Assembly (NCBI GenBank): GCA_023249795.1
Contig: JAHFBU010000001.1
Location: 1-38,499 of the forward strand
Reading direction: 5' to 3'
Source of the DNA: Syntrophaceae bacterium
GTDB lineage: Bacteria; Desulfobacterota; Syntrophia; Syntrophales; UBA5619
DNA: 38,499 bases
Below, piece after piece: positions 8,450 to 20,586 of this stretch; positions within the stretch are counted from its first letter, which is position 1; each line of letters begins with the position of its first letter. Below the pieces are notes generated by a model, which saw nothing but the letters and a program-made list of their open reading frames with translations, did no database searches and was not told the origin of the DNA. A program made the translations under genes and the position numbers.

Positions 8450-9334
8450 CTACGGAAGACGACCTTCTTGGCGGAGCTTGTCGAGGATCTGCCGGATCTG
8501 GGGTAGGGCTTGGGCAGCGGCCTTTTCGCCTTCGAGGATCGCATCGTTGCGTTTTTCGAAATCGCTCGACCCGATGTGGCTCACTTGGGGGCGTATGACC
8601 ACGTCGGCGCCTTTGAGCTGAACCGTTGCGATCTTCGCGTACATGATGTCGATCGACTGTAGCATCGTATCAAGAATGCCCTGCGGGACCGCGCCCGCCA
8701 CTCCCGCCGAGATGTCCACGGCTATGACGATGTCGGCCCCCGCCCTTCGCGCCGCATCCACGGCGACGGGGCTCACCACACCGCCGTCCACGTAGGTATT
8801 CTCGCCGATCCGGACCGGCTGGAAGACGCCCGGGATGGCGCAGCTCGCCCGAACCGCCCTGCCGGTGTTCCCCGTCGCGAAGACGGTCTCCTCTCCGGTC
8901 TGGAGGTTCGTTGCAACCGCCCGGAAGGGGATCTTCAGCCGTTCAAGCGAGGTCTGGCGGACCGTTTTATTGACATAATTCTCCAATTTGTCACCGCGGA
9001 CAAAGCCGTTGTCCGGAATAATCCAATCGACCACGTCGTCCTTCAGGAGGCACATGGCCATCGTCTGGAGCTGGAAGGCGTCGATCCCGTAAGCATAGAA
9101 GCTCCCGACGACGCTCCCCGCGCTGGTCCCAACGATCAGGTGGATCGGAATCTTCTGCGATTCGAGAACCTTGAGGACGCCGACATGGGCAAAACCCCTG
9201 GAGGCGCCGGCACCGAGGACGATGGCGATCTTCGCCGGTTTTCGCTGCGGCATCGGCGGGGGAATCTCTTTCGGCAGACAGGCGGAAAGGATAAGCAAGG
9301 AGAGCCCCAAGGCAATCCAGCGGAGCGTATTCAT
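8450..9334 (-). CDS. Patatin-like phospholipase, predicted lipoprotein
   Basis: 294 aa. Lipobox LLILSAC. Oxyanion GAGASRG, nucleophile elbow GTSAGS and catalytic DGG. The start ATG overlaps the gyrA stop (ATGA at 9331-9334). Confidence 0.9.
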   Translation of the reverse strand: MNTLRWIALGLSLLILSACLPKEIPPPMPQRKPAKIAIVLGAGASRGFAHVGVLKVLESQKIPIHLIVGTSAGSVVGSFYAYGIDAFQLQTMAMCLLKDDVVDWIIPDNGFVRGDKLENYVNKTVRQTSLERLKIPFRAVATNLQTGEETVFATGNTGRAVRASCAIPGVFQPVRIGENTYVDGGVVSPVAVDAARRAGADIVIAVDISAGVAGAVPQGILDTMLQSIDIMYAKIATVQLKGADVVIRPQVSHIGSSDFEKRNDAILEGEKAAAQALPQIRQILDKLRQEGRLP

Positions 9335-11859
9335 TCCTCCGCCTCCGCAGGGCCGATCGCCGGAGCAAGTTCCAGCTCGTTCCCCGTCTCTTCCGCGGGA
9401 TCCTCCGTCCCCTCTCCGTTCTCCCGCTCCTCTTCCCTCTCTGCGCGGGCGACGCCCACCAGTTTTTCGTTCTCGTCAAGGTCAATCAGGCGCACCCCCT
9501 GGGTGCTCCGGTGGATGACGCGCACCTCCTCCGCACGCATGCGGATGATCCGGCCCGAGTCGCTGATCATCATGATGTCCTCACTGCCGGAGATCTGGAG
9601 GATCCCGGAAACGTCGCCCACCTTGGGGACCGTCCGGAGGTTGATCGTCCCCTTCCCTCCGCGGGATTGGAGGCGATACTCCGCAATTTCGGTCCGCTTT
9701 CCATATCCCTTTTCGGAGACAGTAAGAATCGTGTTCCCCTCGGTCGGGATTTCCATACCGATGACCCGGTCTTCGTCAGCCATCCTGATCCCCCGGACGC
9801 CTCGCGCCGTACGGCCCATGTCGCGGACGTCGTCCTCTTTGAAGCGGATCGATTTGCCCTTCCGGGTTCCGAGGAAGATGTCCTGACCGCCAAGGGTAAG
9901 CTGGACATCGATCAGCTCGTCCCCTTCATCGATTGAGATCGCAATGATCCCGCCCGCACGGGGGTTGGAGAAGGCCGAAAGCTCCGTCTTCTTGATTGTC
10001 CCCCGGCGGGTCACCATGACCACCGATTTATCCCCGGTGAACTCCCGGACCGGCAGCACCGCGGCGACCCGTTCGCCTTCGGTCAGGTTGATCAAATTGA
10101 CGATCGCCTTCCCCTTGGCGGCGCGTCCGGCCTGCGGGATCAGGTAGACCTTCAGCCAGTAGAGACGGCCCTTGCTCGTGAAGATCAGCACGTAGTGGTG
10201 GGTGTTGGCGATGAAGATGCGTTCTACGAAATCCTCCTCCTTCGTCCCCATTCCGATCTTTCCCTTGCCGCCTCGCCGCTGGCTCTTATAGAGACTGACG
10301 GCATTGCGTTTGATGTAGCCCGCATGTGAAACGGTGACCACCATGTCCTCTTCAACGATCAGGTCTTCAATGTTGATGTCCTCGGAGCTGAAGACGATCT
10401 CGGTGCGCCGGTCGTCGCCATAGCGCCCCCGGATCTCGGTGAGCTCTTCGACGATCACGTCGAGTACCTTCTGCGGGTCGTCGAGGATTCCCTGGAGCTT
10501 GTGAATCAGCGCCGAGATCTCGGCATATTCCGCGTCGATCTTCTCCCGTTCGAGACTGGTCAGGCGTTGCAGACGCATCTCCAGGATCGCCTTGGCCTGG
10601 AACTCGCTCAAGCCGAACCGGCTGCAGAGGGCGACGGAAGCCTCCGCGGGGTTCCCGGAGGCCTTGATCACGGCGATCACCTCGTCGATCCGGTCGAGGG
10701 CGATGATCAGCCCTTCGAGGATATGGGCCCGCTCCTTGGCCCGGGCGAGGTCGAAGGCTGTCCGGCGGACCACCACCTGTTTGCGAAACTCCAGGAAGCT
10801 CTGGAGAACCTCCTTCAGGTTGAACACCCGGGGCTGCACCCGGTCAATCGCAAGCATGATGATCCCGAAGGTCGATTCCATCTGGGTGTGTTTGTAGAGC
10901 TGATTCAGGACGATCGCGGAGGCCTCGTCCCGCTTCAGGTCGAGGACGACGCGGATCCCGTCGCGGTCCGACTCGTCCCGGAGGTCGGCGATCCCGCCAA
11001 TCTTCTTCTCCTTGACGAGTTCCGCGATCTTCTCGATCAGGTTCGCCTTGTTCACCTGATAGGGGAGCTCGGTGACGACGATGCTCTCCCGGTCGTTGCG
11101 CGCATTCTTCTCGATCAGCGCGCGCGCCCTCACCCGGATGATCCCGCGACCCGTCCGATAGGCGGAGAGGATTCCCTCGCGGCCGTTGATGAAGCCCGCC
11201 GTCGGGAAGTCCGGCCCCTGGATGTGGTGCATGAGTCCGTCGACCGTAATTTCGGGGTCGCGGATCATTGCGATCGTCCCGTCGATCACCTCCCGGAGGT
11301 TGTGGGGCGGAATGTTCGTCGCAACGCCGACGGCGATGCCGGCGGTGCCATTAAGGAGCAGCAGGGGGATCTTTGCCGGCAGCACGGTCGGCTCCTCCAG
11401 CGATTCGTCGTAGGTGGGTATGAAATCGACGGTGTTCTTCTCCAGATCTGCCAGCAGTTCCTCGGAGAACCTCGTCATCCGGACTTCGGTGTACCGCATC
11501 GCGGCAGGCGGGTCCCCGTCGATCGAGCCGAAGTTCCCCTGGCCGTCGACCAGCAGATAGCGCATGGAGAACTCCTGAGCCATACGGACGATCGTATCGT
11601 AGGCGGCCTGATCCCCATGGGGATGGTACTTTCCGATGATATCCCCGACGATCCTCGCCGATTTCTTGTAGGGCTTGTTCCAGCGATTACCCATTTCGTT
11701 CATGGCGAACAGCGCCCTGCGGTGAACGGGCTTCAGTCCATCCCGGACATCGGGGATGGCCCGGCCGATGATGACGCTCATGGCATAGTCCATGTAGGAC
11801 TTTTTCATTTCGTCTTCGATATTGGTCGGGATCGACTTTTCAAACAGATGTTCCATCAA
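9331..11859 (-). CDS. gyrA: DNA gyrase subunit A
   Basis: 842 aa. N-terminal [35 protein letters not shown] and the active-site region AAMRYTE. C-terminal beta-pinwheel repeats and an acidic tail. Confidence 0.97.
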   Translation of the reverse strand: MMEHLFEKSIPTNIEDEMKKSYMDYAMSVIIGRAIPDVRDGLKPVHRRALFAMNEMGNRWNKPYKKSARIVGDIIGKYHPHGDQAAYDTIVRMAQEFSMRYLLVDGQGNFGSIDGDPPAAMRYTEVRMTRFSEELLADLEKNTVDFIPTYDESLEEPTVLPAKIPLLLLNGTAGIAVGVATNIPPHNLREVIDGTIAMIRDPEITVDGLMHHIQGPDFPTAGFINGREGILSAYRTGRGIIRVRARALIEKNARNDRESIVVTELPYQVNKANLIEKIAELVKEKKIGGIADLRDESDRDGIRVVLDLKRDEASAIVLNQLYKHTQMESTFGIIMLAIDRVQPRVFNLKEVLQSFLEFRKQVVVRRTAFDLARAKERAHILEGLIIALDRIDEVIAVIKASGNPAEASVALCSRFGLSEFQAKAILEMRLQRLTSLEREKIDAEYAEISALIHKLQGILDDPQKVLDVIVEELTEIRGRYGDDRRTEIVFSSEDINIEDLIVEEDMVVTVSHAGYIKRNAVSLYKSQRRGGKGKIGMGTKEEDFVERIFIANTHHYVLIFTSKGRLYWLKVYLIPQAGRAAKGKAIVNLINLTEGERVAAVLPVREFTGDKSVVMVTRRGTIKKTELSAFSNPRAGGIIAISIDEGDELIDVQLTLGGQDIFLGTRKGKSIRFKEDDVRDMGRTARGVRGIRMADEDRVIGMEIPTEGNTILTVSEKGYGKRTEIAEYRLQSRGGKGTINLRTVPKVGDVSGILQISGSEDIMMISDSGRIIRMRAEEVRVIHRSTQGVRLIDLDENEKLVGVARAEREEERENGEGTEDPAEETGNELELAPAIGPAEAEE

Positions 11860-12000
11860 GATACAGTTCTCCTTAACCCTGGATCATGGCAGGCCTCTGC
11901 GAGGAGAGGGCCATGGTCATCTTTCAATATCTGCTCAGCGGGGCTCTTTCCAGGGTACGGCCGAGGAAAGACACGCCACATACGAATTTTTCAGCTGCGG

Positions 12001-14484
<2,484 letters not shown>

Positions 14485-14507
14485 TCAACCTCTTTCCATT
14501 TTTAATG

Positions 14508-15623
14508 TTACAGTTTCAATGGCATGACGATACAAAAATAATTTTCATTCCCCGCCGCCCGAACGATGCCGGGCTTCATCCCCTCTCCAACCTCAAAAGC
14601 AATGATCTCTTCATCAATCACATCAATGGCATCAGAAAGATAGGTTATATTATAGCCGATGCTTCTACCCTCTCCCGTATAGGCGACATCGAGCTCATCG
14701 TCGGCCTCTCCAACATCAGGGTTGTTTGAATTCAAGATAATTTTATCCGTGGCCAGGGTCATAATCACCCCATTATACCGTTCAGACGATATGACCCCCA
14801 TCCGGCGAAGGGCATGGAGGAGTTTGTATTTATCTACTTCAACCATCACCCCTGTCTCTGCCGGGATCACACGCCGGTAATCCGGGTATTCCCCGTCAAT
14901 CAAACTGACCTTCAGTGTGGTATGGTCCGTTTTGACAATGCACATCCCCTGACGGACCCCAAGCGAAACATCCCCATGTTCATCCTCCACCAGCCGCCGG
15001 ATCTCCACGAGCCCCTTCCTTGGAATGATCACACCCTTTTCCATTTTTAAAAAATTTTTCTCGCCCGTATCCCCCTTCATCACGGAGAGACGGTGACCAT
15101 CCGTGGCCACCATCCGCAACCAGAAAGTTTCCCCCATCTCTTCCGTTTCCATGAAGACGCCGCACAGGGTCTTCCTCATCTCATCGGTCGACATCGCAAA
15201 GGCAGTTTTGCGGATCAACTCTTTCAAGAGACTGCCTTTTATTTTATAAAAAAGAATATCCTCGTTCGCCACCACCGGATAGTCATCCGCCGGGATACCG
15301 GGAATCCTGTATGTGGCCTTGTTGCAGGTCAGAATAACAATATCCCGTTCGTTTTTAGCCACATGGATTTTATCGCCCTGGATCTCCCGAACCATTTCAT
15401 GGAGCTTTCTCGCTGAGAGGGTAATCTGCCCTTCCCGGATCACCTCCGCCTCATAGTCCGCCACAATACCAATTTCACGGTCCGTTGCCACAATGGTGAC
15501 CCGGTTTGGGCCTGCCATGAGCAATAGATTACTTAGAATTGGCATCGTTGTTTTCTTCTCCACAATCCCAAGTGTCTTCTGAATTCCCGCCAGAAAAACA
15601 TCCCTTTTTATATTAAATTCCAT
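14508..15623 (-). CDS. dnaN: DNA polymerase III beta sliding clamp; alternative TTG/GTG starts at 15635/15632
   Basis: MEFNIKRDVFLAGIQKTLGIVEKKTTMPILSNLLL is a canonical DnaN N-terminus. About 371 aa with three-domain length. Only 23 nt separate its stop from the gyrB start. Confidence 0.95.
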   Translation of the reverse strand: MEFNIKRDVFLAGIQKTLGIVEKKTTMPILSNLLLMAGPNRVTIVATDREIGIVADYEAEVIREGQITLSARKLHEMVREIQGDKIHVAKNERDIVILTCNKATYRIPGIPADDYPVVANEDILFYKIKGSLLKELIRKTAFAMSTDEMRKTLCGVFMETEEMGETFWLRMVATDGHRLSVMKGDTGEKNFLKMEKGVIIPRKGLVEIRRLVEDEHGDVSLGVRQGMCIVKTDHTTLKVSLIDGEYPDYRRVIPAETGVMVEVDKYKLLHALRRMGVISSERYNGVIMTLATDKIILNSNNPDVGEADDELDVAYTGEGRSIGYNITYLSDAIDVIDEEIIAFEVGEGMKPGIVRAAGNENYFCIVMPLKL

Positions 15624-15799
15624 AACTTTCACCAATCCTTTCTGCTGAATTAACAGGTTCTGTAATTTAAATAATTTCTTCTTTTAAAATAACCAGTAAT
15701 AGTAATAGTACTTGTGAATGATGTTCATAACCCGCTTTGTTTTTAATTTCGTGACCTATTTTCTCCCGCCTGCTGTGGACAGAGTCACATGAAAAAGTC
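15624..15799. other. Candidate oriC core (AT-rich unwinding region plus DnaA-box-like 9-mers) in the dnaA-dnaN spacer
   Basis: An AT-rich tract runs about 15651-15712 and includes the trinucleotide-periodic AGTAATAGTAATAGTA (15695-15710). TGTGAATGA lies at 15713-15721 and TGTGGACAG at 15774-15782. A further TGTGGAGAA sits at 15808-15816 inside the dnaA 3' end. All three 9-mers share one orientation. Confidence 0.45.
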
Positions 15800-17155
15800 T
15801 CACCGTTTGTGGAGAAGAGCCTCCGTGATTTCCTCAACGGTATCCCTGAGGGTCTTATTGGCTTCTATCATCTTTTTGATTTTATTGTGGGCATAGATCA
15901 CCGTTGAGTGATCCCTGCCGCCGATTTTGTCACCGATATCAGGGAAGGAGAAGCTGGTCATCTCACGTGCAAGAAACATAGCAAACTGTCGTGCCAAAAC
16001 AATATTCTTATTTTTTTTCTGAGATTTGATTTCAGAAATCTTGATGTTGAAATGAGCGCCCACTGCCTTCACAATTTCCTCAATCGTGATCTCCTTCGTT
16101 TCCTCCTTTTTGAGAAGTTGTCTCATCACATTCCTGACCAGATCCAGGTCGATCTGGCGCTCGGTCAGGGAGGAGTATGCGGCGATCCGAACCAGATATC
16201 CTTCCAACTCCCGGATATTGGACTCCGCCTGTGATGCAAGGTAAAGGGCGACGTTTCCCGGCAGGGAGATATTGTTCTCCTGAGCCTTCTTCTCCAAGAT
16301 GGCAACCTTCGTTTCAATCTCAGGTGGCTGGATGTCCGCAATCAGCCCCCATTCGAACCGAGATCGCAATCGCCCCTCCAGATTTGGAATGTCTTTTGGA
16401 AATTTGTCGCTGGTTACAACGATCTGTTTGCCGGCGTCATGAAGGGTATTGAAGGTATGAAAAAATTCCTCCTGGGTTCGCTCCTTTCCGGCGATAAACT
16501 GGATGTCGTCAATGAGAAGACAATCGATATTCCTGAACTTCTCTCTGAATTTTGGCATCTTGTCATAGCGGATCGAATTGATCAACTCGTTCATAAAGAC
16601 TTCCGCCGAGACATAGACCACGTTCAGGTCCGGAAAAAGTTTCAAAGTCTTCAGGCCGATGGCATTTAGAAGGTGGGTCTTTCCCAGTCCCACGCCGCCG
16701 TATATGAACAAGGGATTGTAATTTTTCGCCGGCTGCTCGGCAACCGCCGCCGAGGCGGCATGGGCGAATTGGTTGCAGGAGCCCACGACGAAGCGTTCAA
16801 AAGAGTAGTTTACGTTCAGAGAAGAGTGAATCCGTGCCCGGGAAGGCCTTTTTACGACGGTCTTGGCTGAGACCGTCGCCTCGCCTCGTCCTGCAATATC
16901 CTGATCGTGCGGACTGTCTTGTTCTATGGCCAGTTCAATTTGAAATGGAACTCCGGTCGCCAACTTCATCGAATCCCGGATCATGGAAAGATAATTTTCC
17001 GATAGCCAGTCGCGGAAAAAGCGGTTGGGAACGCTGAGATGGACTTGATCCCCCTCCATGTGGATGATGCGGACAGGACGGATCCATGTATCGAAGTTCT
17101 GCTGGCTGACCGTTTCTTTAATGATTTTAGCCGTTTTTTCCCAAAGTATTTCCAA
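15800..17155 (-). CDS. dnaA: Chromosomal replication initiator DnaA (TTG start)
   Basis: 451 aa. N-terminal EILWEKTAKIIKETVSQQNFDTWIRPV, AAA+ Walker A GGVGLGKTHL, Walker B LLIDDIQF, and C-terminal DNA-binding helix region (IGGRDHSTVIYAHNKI). An in-frame stop lies 2 codons upstream (17161-17159), so the TTG at 17155 is the only start that retains the conserved N-terminus. Confidence 0.97.
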   Translation of the reverse strand: MEILWEKTAKIIKETVSQQNFDTWIRPVRIIHMEGDQVHLSVPNRFFRDWLSENYLSMIRDSMKLATGVPFQIELAIEQDSPHDQDIAGRGEATVSAKTVVKRPSRARIHSSLNVNYSFERFVVGSCNQFAHAASAAVAEQPAKNYNPLFIYGGVGLGKTHLLNAIGLKTLKLFPDLNVVYVSAEVFMNELINSIRYDKMPKFREKFRNIDCLLIDDIQFIAGKERTQEEFFHTFNTLHDAGKQIVVTSDKFPKDIPNLEGRLRSRFEWGLIADIQPPEIETKVAILEKKAQENNISLPGNVALYLASQAESNIRELEGYLVRIAAYSSLTERQIDLDLVRNVMRQLLKKEETKEITIEEIVKAVGAHFNIKISEIKSQKKNKNIVLARQFAMFLAREMTSFSFPDIGDKIGGRDHSTVIYAHNKIKKMIEANKTLRDTVEEITEALLHKR

Positions 17156-17166
17156 TGTTCACAACC

Positions 17167-17198
17167 TTATTCACAGTTTTATCCACACCTGTGGACAA
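17167..17198. promoter_or_regulatory. Cluster of three DnaA boxes immediately upstream of dnaA
   Basis: TTATTCACA (17167-17175), perfect TTATCCACA (17179-17187) and inverted TGTGGACAA (17190-17198), all within the 50-nt parB-dnaA spacer. Confidence 0.65.
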
Positions 17199-17205
17199 TG
17201 TCTCT

Positions 17206-18057
17206 CTATTTATCGCGAAACAGCCGTACCAGGCGGTTCAATTCCTCTCCGTTGGCGTAGCGGATTTCGATGGTTCCTGACTTTTTTCCGGCCCGGATCT
17301 TGACGGCCGCAAGCAGTTGAGAGGAGAGTTCACGCTCCAGGTCTGCAAGGTGCGGGTCTTTGCGACCGGACTTCTTCTTGTCCGGTCCCTTTTTGAGATT
17401 CCGGATCAGCCTTTCCGTCTCCCGGACGTTAAGGTCTTGCTGCTGGATCGTCCTGAGCGCTTTGATCTGTTCGCCAGGAAGCTCCAGGGCAAGAAGCGCG
17501 CGGGCATGTCCAGCCGTGATCTTCTTTTGAATGAGTGACTGCTTGGCCGCTTCGGTAAGCCTCAACAGCCGGACCGTGTTGGCGATCGTGGAACGGTCCT
17601 TCCCGACGCGGGCGGAGATTTCCTCCTGTGACAGAGCGAAGCGTGACAGCAGGGTCTGATAGGCGTCCGCCTCTTCGATGGGGTTGAGGGCTTCGCGCTG
17701 AATATTCTCAATCAAGGAGAGCTCAGCCAGATCCAGGTCTTCCGCTTTGCGGACAATGATGGGCACCTCTTTTAACCCGGCCGCCTGCGCCGCCCTCCAG
17801 CGTCGCTCTCCGGCGATGATTTCATAACCGGAATCCGCCTTCCGGACAATGATCGGTTGGATGACCCCGCTCTTGCTGACGGAGGAGACGAGTTCCTTCT
17901 GGTCCTCGTCGTTGAAGTCCCGCCGGGGCTGAAATCGGTTCGGGATAAGTTCTTCGATCCCGCAATGAACGAACGAAGGTCGGTCGCCGATGTTGTTCAT
18001 CAGATCGGGAAACATTGCCCCCAGGCCTCGGCCGAGGGAATTCTTTGGCGGCATCAC
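17206..18057 (-). CDS. parB: Chromosome partitioning protein ParB/Spo0J
   Basis: 283 aa. GLGRGLGAMF, the ParB box IIAGERRWRAA and a helix-turn-helix region. The start overlaps the parA stop (ATGA). Confidence 0.95.
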   Translation of the reverse strand: MMPPKNSLGRGLGAMFPDLMNNIGDRPSFVHCGIEELIPNRFQPRRDFNDEDQKELVSSVSKSGVIQPIIVRKADSGYEIIAGERRWRAAQAAGLKEVPIIVRKAEDLDLAELSLIENIQREALNPIEEADAYQTLLSRFALSQEEISARVGKDRSTIANTVRLLRLTEAAKQSLIQKKITAGHARALLALELPGEQIKALRTIQQQDLNVRETERLIRNLKKGPDKKKSGRKDPHLADLERELSSQLLAAVKIRAGKKSGTIEIRYANGEELNRLVRLFRDK

Positions 18058-18827
18058 ATCCTCCCGTTGTTCAGGATTTCCTTGGCCAGTTCCATGTATG
18101 AGACTGCACCGCGCGACCGGATATCATAAAGAATGATGGGAAGTCCATGGCTGGGACTCTCCGACAGCCGCACGTTCCGCGGGATGACCGTCTGAAAAAC
18201 AAGATTCCCGAAATGGCCGCGCACATCCTCGCTGACCCGGCGTGAAAGCAGGTTCCGCGCGTCGTACATGGTGAGCAAAATCCCCCCCAGGGCCAGCGTG
18301 GGGTTCAGCCGGTTTTTCACCAGGCGCATCGTGTTGAGCAGATGCCCCAACCCCTCCATCGCAAAATATTCACATTGGAGGGGCACGATCAGGTAGTCCG
18401 AGGCCACCAAGGCATTGACCGTAAGAAACCCCAGGGACGGCGGACAGTCGATAATGATATATTCGTAAGGCGTCTCCAGTGCCCTGAGCATGTTCCGAAG
18501 TCTTTTCTCCCTGTCATCGAGGGAGATGAATTCCACTTCGATCCCAACCAGATCCTGGTTCGCGGGGAGCAGATCCAAATGGGCAATCTGCGTTCCTATG
18601 ATCGCCTCCTGTAGGGGGCGATTCTCGATCAGACAGCGATAGAGGTTCTTTTCCCGGATCGCTTCGCCACAGATTCCCATGCCGCTCGTGGCGTTTCCCT
18701 GGGAATCACAATCGATCAAAAGGGTTCTTCTCTCCGCTGCCGCCAGCGAGGCCGAGAGGTTGATGGCCGTTGTGGTTTTTCCGACCCCTCCTTTTTGATT
18801 GGCCATGCTTATGATTTTACGCATCAT
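18054..18827 (-). CDS. parA: Chromosome partitioning ATPase ParA/Soj
   Basis: 257 aa with the deviant Walker A NQKGGVGKTTT and typical ParA motifs (IIIDCPPSLG). Confidence 0.95.
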   Translation of the reverse strand: MMRKIISMANQKGGVGKTTTAINLSASLAAAERRTLLIDCDSQGNATSGMGICGEAIREKNLYRCLIENRPLQEAIIGTQIAHLDLLPANQDLVGIEVEFISLDDREKRLRNMLRALETPYEYIIIDCPPSLGFLTVNALVASDYLIVPLQCEYFAMEGLGHLLNTMRLVKNRLNPTLALGGILLTMYDARNLLSRRVSEDVRGHFGNLVFQTVIPRNVRLSESPSHGLPIILYDIRSRGAVSYMELAKEILNNGRM

Positions 18828-18921
18828 GTAATATGAATAAGCCCCGCGAGATGGTTATTGTCGAACCGGCGGTGAAGGTAGCACAAAAAAGGATTTTGCG
18901 AAAGGTTTATTAAAGAAAGTT

Positions 18922-19590
18922 TCAGTAAAAAACGCGATTGTAAATAACGATTATCTTTGATGATTCTGCGTCGTGTGGGCGGACGTCCCGCAGGGCCGTG
19001 AAGACCATTCCCGCAGGGCCCAAAATCCGCTCCGTTTCGGCTATTTCTTCGCGCGGATCGGGGCCCTTCATGGCGATGAGCTGCCCTCCCGGCTTGAGAA
19101 AATAGGAGGCCATCCGAACCAGTTCCGGGAGCTTGAACGCCGCCCGGGAAATGAGCGTATCGAAGCCGCCTGCCAGGGTCCTCCCGGCGGTCAGGACCTC
19201 GACGCGCTCCCGGGCCACCTGAACCCCGTCAAGGCGCAGGGTCCGGACGACATGGGAGAGGAAGGAGGACTTTTTCCGAGAGGCCTCGACAAGCGTCACT
19301 TGCAAACCGGGCAGGGCGATCCGCAGAGGGATCCCCGGAAAGCCGCCCCCGCTCCCGATATCGATCAGGCTGCCATCCGGGCGGTCCAAATACGGTGCCG
19401 GTGTCAGGGAGTCGAGAAAGTGGCGGATGCCGATCTTCTGCGCGGAGCCCTCCGAGACGAGGTTGATCCGCCGGTTCCAGAGAAGGAGTTCCCTGTGATA
19501 GGAGGCAAAGAGCTTCAGATCCGCCGGCTCCAGGCGGACGCCGATGGCCGCCGCCCCAACCGCCAAGGTGTTGATCCAAGGATCATCCAT
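18922..19590 (-). CDS. rsmG: 16S rRNA (guanine527-N7)-methyltransferase RsmG (GidB)
   Basis: About 222 aa from MDDPWIN. Contains LLLWNRRINLVS and the SAM motif DIGSGGGFPGIPL. The track ORF extends to 19740, but that extra N-terminus has no family counterpart. Confidence 0.88.
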   Translation of the reverse strand: MDDPWINTLAVGAAAIGVRLEPADLKLFASYHRELLLWNRRINLVSEGSAQKIGIRHFLDSLTPAPYLDRPDGSLIDIGSGGGFPGIPLRIALPGLQVTLVEASRKKSSFLSHVVRTLRLDGVQVARERVEVLTAGRTLAGGFDTLISRAAFKLPELVRMASYFLKPGGQLIAMKGPDPREEIAETERILGPAGMVFTALRDVRPHDAESSKIIVIYNRVFY

Positions 19591-19643
19591 GTCTCTCTTT
19601 TGACAGAGCCTCCCGCCGTTGTCAATCCCCTTCCAATTTTCCG

Positions 19644-19671
19644 TTGCATCAAACCGTCGAACCCTTATATA
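19644..19671 (+). promoter_or_regulatory. Candidate sigma70 promoter for trmJ
   Basis: TTGCAT (19644-19649), a 16-nt spacer, then TATATA (19666-19671), in the divergent rsmG/trmJ spacer. Confidence 0.3.
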
Positions 19672-19760
19672 AGAAACTCCTCCTTGCCATACGTAGGCAT
19701 TGCAGACAGGGGCAGAGTCCATAGCGGAGAGGGAAGTCACAAAAAGGGACGGGCAACCAC

Positions 19761-20501
19761 TTGGTCAAGGCGAAACTCGATAACGTGACCCTTGTTTTGA
19801 AAGGGCCGAAATTTCCCGGAAATGTCGGGTCCGCGGCCCGCTGCGCCATGAACATGGGGATCGGAAAGATGATTGTTGTAGGGAACCGAAATCTGGATGA
19901 TGAGGCCGTCCGGCAGATGGCAACCCACGTGGCGAAGGAGATTGTCGAGGGTATCTGCCACTTCGACACCCTCGACGAGGCGCTGGCGGGGTTCTCCTGG
20001 GTTGTCGGGACGACGGCACGGCATGGATCTGGCCGGGGGCCCGTCGTCTGTCCCCGCCGGATGGCCGAGATATTGGTCGGCATCTCCCAGGAAAACGAGA
20101 TCGCGCTGCTCTTCGGTCCGGAGGACACGGGGCTCACGAACGACGACCTCCGTTTCTGCCAGACCGTGGTCACGATTCCCACCGTGGGGTTCAAATCCCT
20201 GAACCTCTCCCATGCGGTCATGGTGATCTGTTACGAACTGCTGATTGCGCGGATGGAAAAAGAGGATGGCATCGCACCGAAGCTGGCCAGCGCGAAGGAA
20301 CTGGAGGGGATGTATGCGAAGCTCAAGGAGACGTTGCTTGCCATCGGGTTCCTGTTGCCGGACAACCCCGACTATTGGATGATGCACCTTCGCCGCCTGT
20401 TTTCGAGGACGACCCTGCTGGCCCGGGAGATCAAGATCCTACGGGGGATCTGCCGGCAGATCGAGTGGTACGGGGACCACAAGGAGCGCAAATCTTCTTG
20501 A
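19761..20501 (+). CDS. trmJ: tRNA (cytidine/uridine-2'-O-)-methyltransferase TrmJ (SpoU/TrmH family), TTG start
   Basis: 246 aa. Aligns by eye with E. coli TrmJ throughout: GNVGSAARCAMNMG, DTLDEALAG, LLFGPEDTGLTNDDL, SLNLSHAV, LRRLFSRT..ILRGI..IEW. Confidence 0.85.
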   Translation: MVKAKLDNVTLVLKGPKFPGNVGSAARCAMNMGIGKMIVVGNRNLDDEAVRQMATHVAKEIVEGICHFDTLDEALAGFSWVVGTTARHGSGRGPVVCPRRMAEILVGISQENEIALLFGPEDTGLTNDDLRFCQTVVTIPTVGFKSLNLSHAVMVICYELLIARMEKEDGIAPKLASAKELEGMYAKLKETLLAIGFLLPDNPDYWMMHLRRLFSRTTLLAREIKILRGICRQIEWYGDHKERKSS

Positions 20502-20586
20502 CTTTCCGCTGCCGGGCTCGTATGCAGTCCGCTCACAGTCGTGACATTATTATGACAGAATACGCCATAAATATGGAGAACCGGTC

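Noticed and set aside
19591-19740. N-terminal extensions of track ORFs: rsmG to 19740, ilvC to 27161, ilvN to 27772, 7700-gene to 8356, DegT to 21732, OMP to 38295, giant gene to 36670
   Set aside because: In each case an internal ATG preceded by a good Shine-Dalgarno sequence coincides with the start of family-conserved sequence or of the signal peptide. The upstream residues have no counterpart.
19591-19760. The strand-switch point between rsmG and trmJ considered as an alternative oriC
   Set aside because: It contains no TTATCCACA-like boxes and is not AT-rich. It holds only a TTGACA...TGTCAA inverted repeat and a promoter-like element.
18973-20387. ORFs 18973-19788 (+), 19649-20221 (-) and 19737-20387 (-) overlapping rsmG/trmJ
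   Set aside because: They are antisense to RsmG and TrmJ, both of which align convincingly to their families.
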